Position numbers and translations under genes: made by a program
In this document: positions 38,546 through 39,379 of the stretch, piece after piece
How positions within the stretch are numbered: position 1 is the stretch's first letter
Layout of the letters: each line of letters starts with the position of its first letter
Assembly: GCA_031406795.1 (NCBI GenBank)
Contig: JANOHV010000226.1
Location: 1 to 39,379 of the forward strand
Length of the DNA stretch: 39,379 bases
Source: Candidatus Rokuibacteriota bacterium
GTDB lineage: Bacteria > JAUVQV01 > DATDCY01
Reading direction: 5' to 3'
Notes under the pieces: model-generated
Told to the model about the DNA's origin: nothing
Seen by the model: the letters and a program-made list of their open reading frames with translations, nothing else
Database searches by the model: none

Positions 38546-39205
38546 TCACCGGCCGAAGCGGCGTTGCCGGTCGTGGTAGTCCGCTACCGCGCGGCGCAGG
38601 CCGGCGGTCGAAGGTGCCGTCAGCGGTTCCGGGGTGTGGCTGATTTCGGCGTAGGACCCCTGCCAGAGCAGCACGTCCCGCGGCTCGAGCGCTCCTCCCA
38701 CGTACCACAGCAGGTCCGGGTCGGGGATGCCCGCGGTGTCCAGCCAGGCGTCGAGTTCGCCGTCGAGGAGTCTTCTGCCCGGGTGCGCGGCGAGAAAGCG
38801 ACCGGCCGCCCGAACGATCTCGTCTCTGCCGCCATAGCGCTGAAACCAGAGCAGTGACCGGCACTCCTGCGTAACCGCCAGCTGCTCCCGCGCGGCGGCG
38901 GGAAGGTCGTCCGTGCGGCCGCACAGGCGCAGCGAAAGGCCGAGGTCCGCAGCCGCGACGGCGAGCGCCCGGGCGCCCGCCGCGCAGGCGGCTGCGGCCG
39001 CGGGGGCGTCCGCGCGGGCGAGGAGGGCGTCGAGTCCGGGATCGAGCCAGGAGAAGGCGCGCAGGCCGGAGACGATGCTGAAGGCCTCACGCGCAACCTC
39101 GACGGCCTTGGCGCAGGAGGCGAGGACGGCGGCGCCGAAGTCTTCCGGGTGATCGGGAACCGTGCCGGTGATGACGGCCAGATGGCGCAACTCGTGTTCG
39201 CTCAT
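38546..39205 (-). CDS. Degenerate cis-prenyltransferase (UppS-fold) homolog
   Basis: RHLAVI, YGGRDEIVRA, LDTAGIPDPDLL, LLWQGSYAEI, DY..RQRRFG; catalytic DGN.R and RTSGE.R.S absent. Confidence 0.82.
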   Translation of the reverse strand: MSEHELRHLAVITGTVPDHPEDFGAAVLASCAKAVEVAREAFSIVSGLRAFSWLDPGLDALLARADAPAAAAACAAGARALAVAAADLGLSLRLCGRTDDLPAAAREQLAVTQECRSLLWFQRYGGRDEIVRAAGRFLAAHPGRRLLDGELDAWLDTAGIPDPDLLWYVGGALEPRDVLLWQGSYAEISHTPEPLTAPSTAGLRRAVADYHDRQRRFGR

Positions 39206-39213
39206 GGATCGGG

Positions 39214-39241
39214 ATACTACGCAGCGGCCGACGGATGTCAA
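39214..39241 (-). promoter_or_regulatory. Sigma70 promoter of the UppS-like gene, leaderless candidate
   Basis: Minus strand: TTGACA, 16 nt, TAGTAT, 8 nt, ATG. Confidence 0.7.
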
Positions 39242-39286
39242 TGACCTGTTGCCGGGCCGTAATCCTTCAGTGAAGCGCGGAAACTC

Positions 39287-39379
39287 TTTCCGTTCGTGGT
39301 GAGCCGTGAGCTTGACGAACGGTCGAACCATGAACGGAAATTTGCCCTATCCACAAGCGCCCTTCGACAGGCTCAAGGC
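39287..39379. repeat. Palindromic extragenic element of a third type, cut by the window edge
   Basis: TTTCCGTTCGTGGT (39287-39300) pairs with ACCATGAACGGAAA (39327-39340); CCCTTCGACAGGCTCA near the edge is complementary to the TGAGC...GTCGAA core. Confidence 0.75.

Noticed and set aside
39347-39355. DnaA-box-like CTATCCACA
   Set aside because: Single copy with one mismatch, inside a repeat element; no cluster or origin context

Overview
A very GC-rich bacterial chromosomal segment. The gene content (multiheme cytochromes, MshEN-type ATPase, stand-alone M17 N-domain, PPDK) looks deltaproteobacteria-like, but taxonomy cannot be fixed from this window. Housekeeping blocks: queA-tgt-yajC-secD-secF-TonB-like-trmJ (+); PIN/TRAM-ispD-ispF-nnr-tsaE (-); hypothetical-hisG-phoH-ybeY-corC-like-M17N, then ppdK (+). 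Between these lie a Cys-less thioredoxin-fold/TPR protein, a PilZ protein, an NAD-malic enzyme divergent from a 15-heme cytochrome, and a 13.6-kb Wsp-like chemosensory operon. That operon (CheR-TPR, CheW, a heme-c/PAS MCP, a second MCP, CheA-REC, CheB, REC-GGEEF cyclase) continues into a catalytically degenerate MshEN/PilB-like ATPase and a tetraheme lipoprotein. A degenerate cis-prenyltransferase that keeps its RRFG tail lies near the right end. Intergenic DNA carries at least three small repeat families: a REP doublet inside IS-like terminal inverted repeats (4 copies), a TCCGCGCG-hairpin-bounded element (including a 144-bp tandem pair at the ispD/ispF junction), and a CCGTTCGTGGTGAGC/CCCTTCGACAGGCTCA element. 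Several genes look leaderless. No rRNA, tRNA, CRISPR array or transposase was recognised. All calls come from motif reading by eye; no searches were run.
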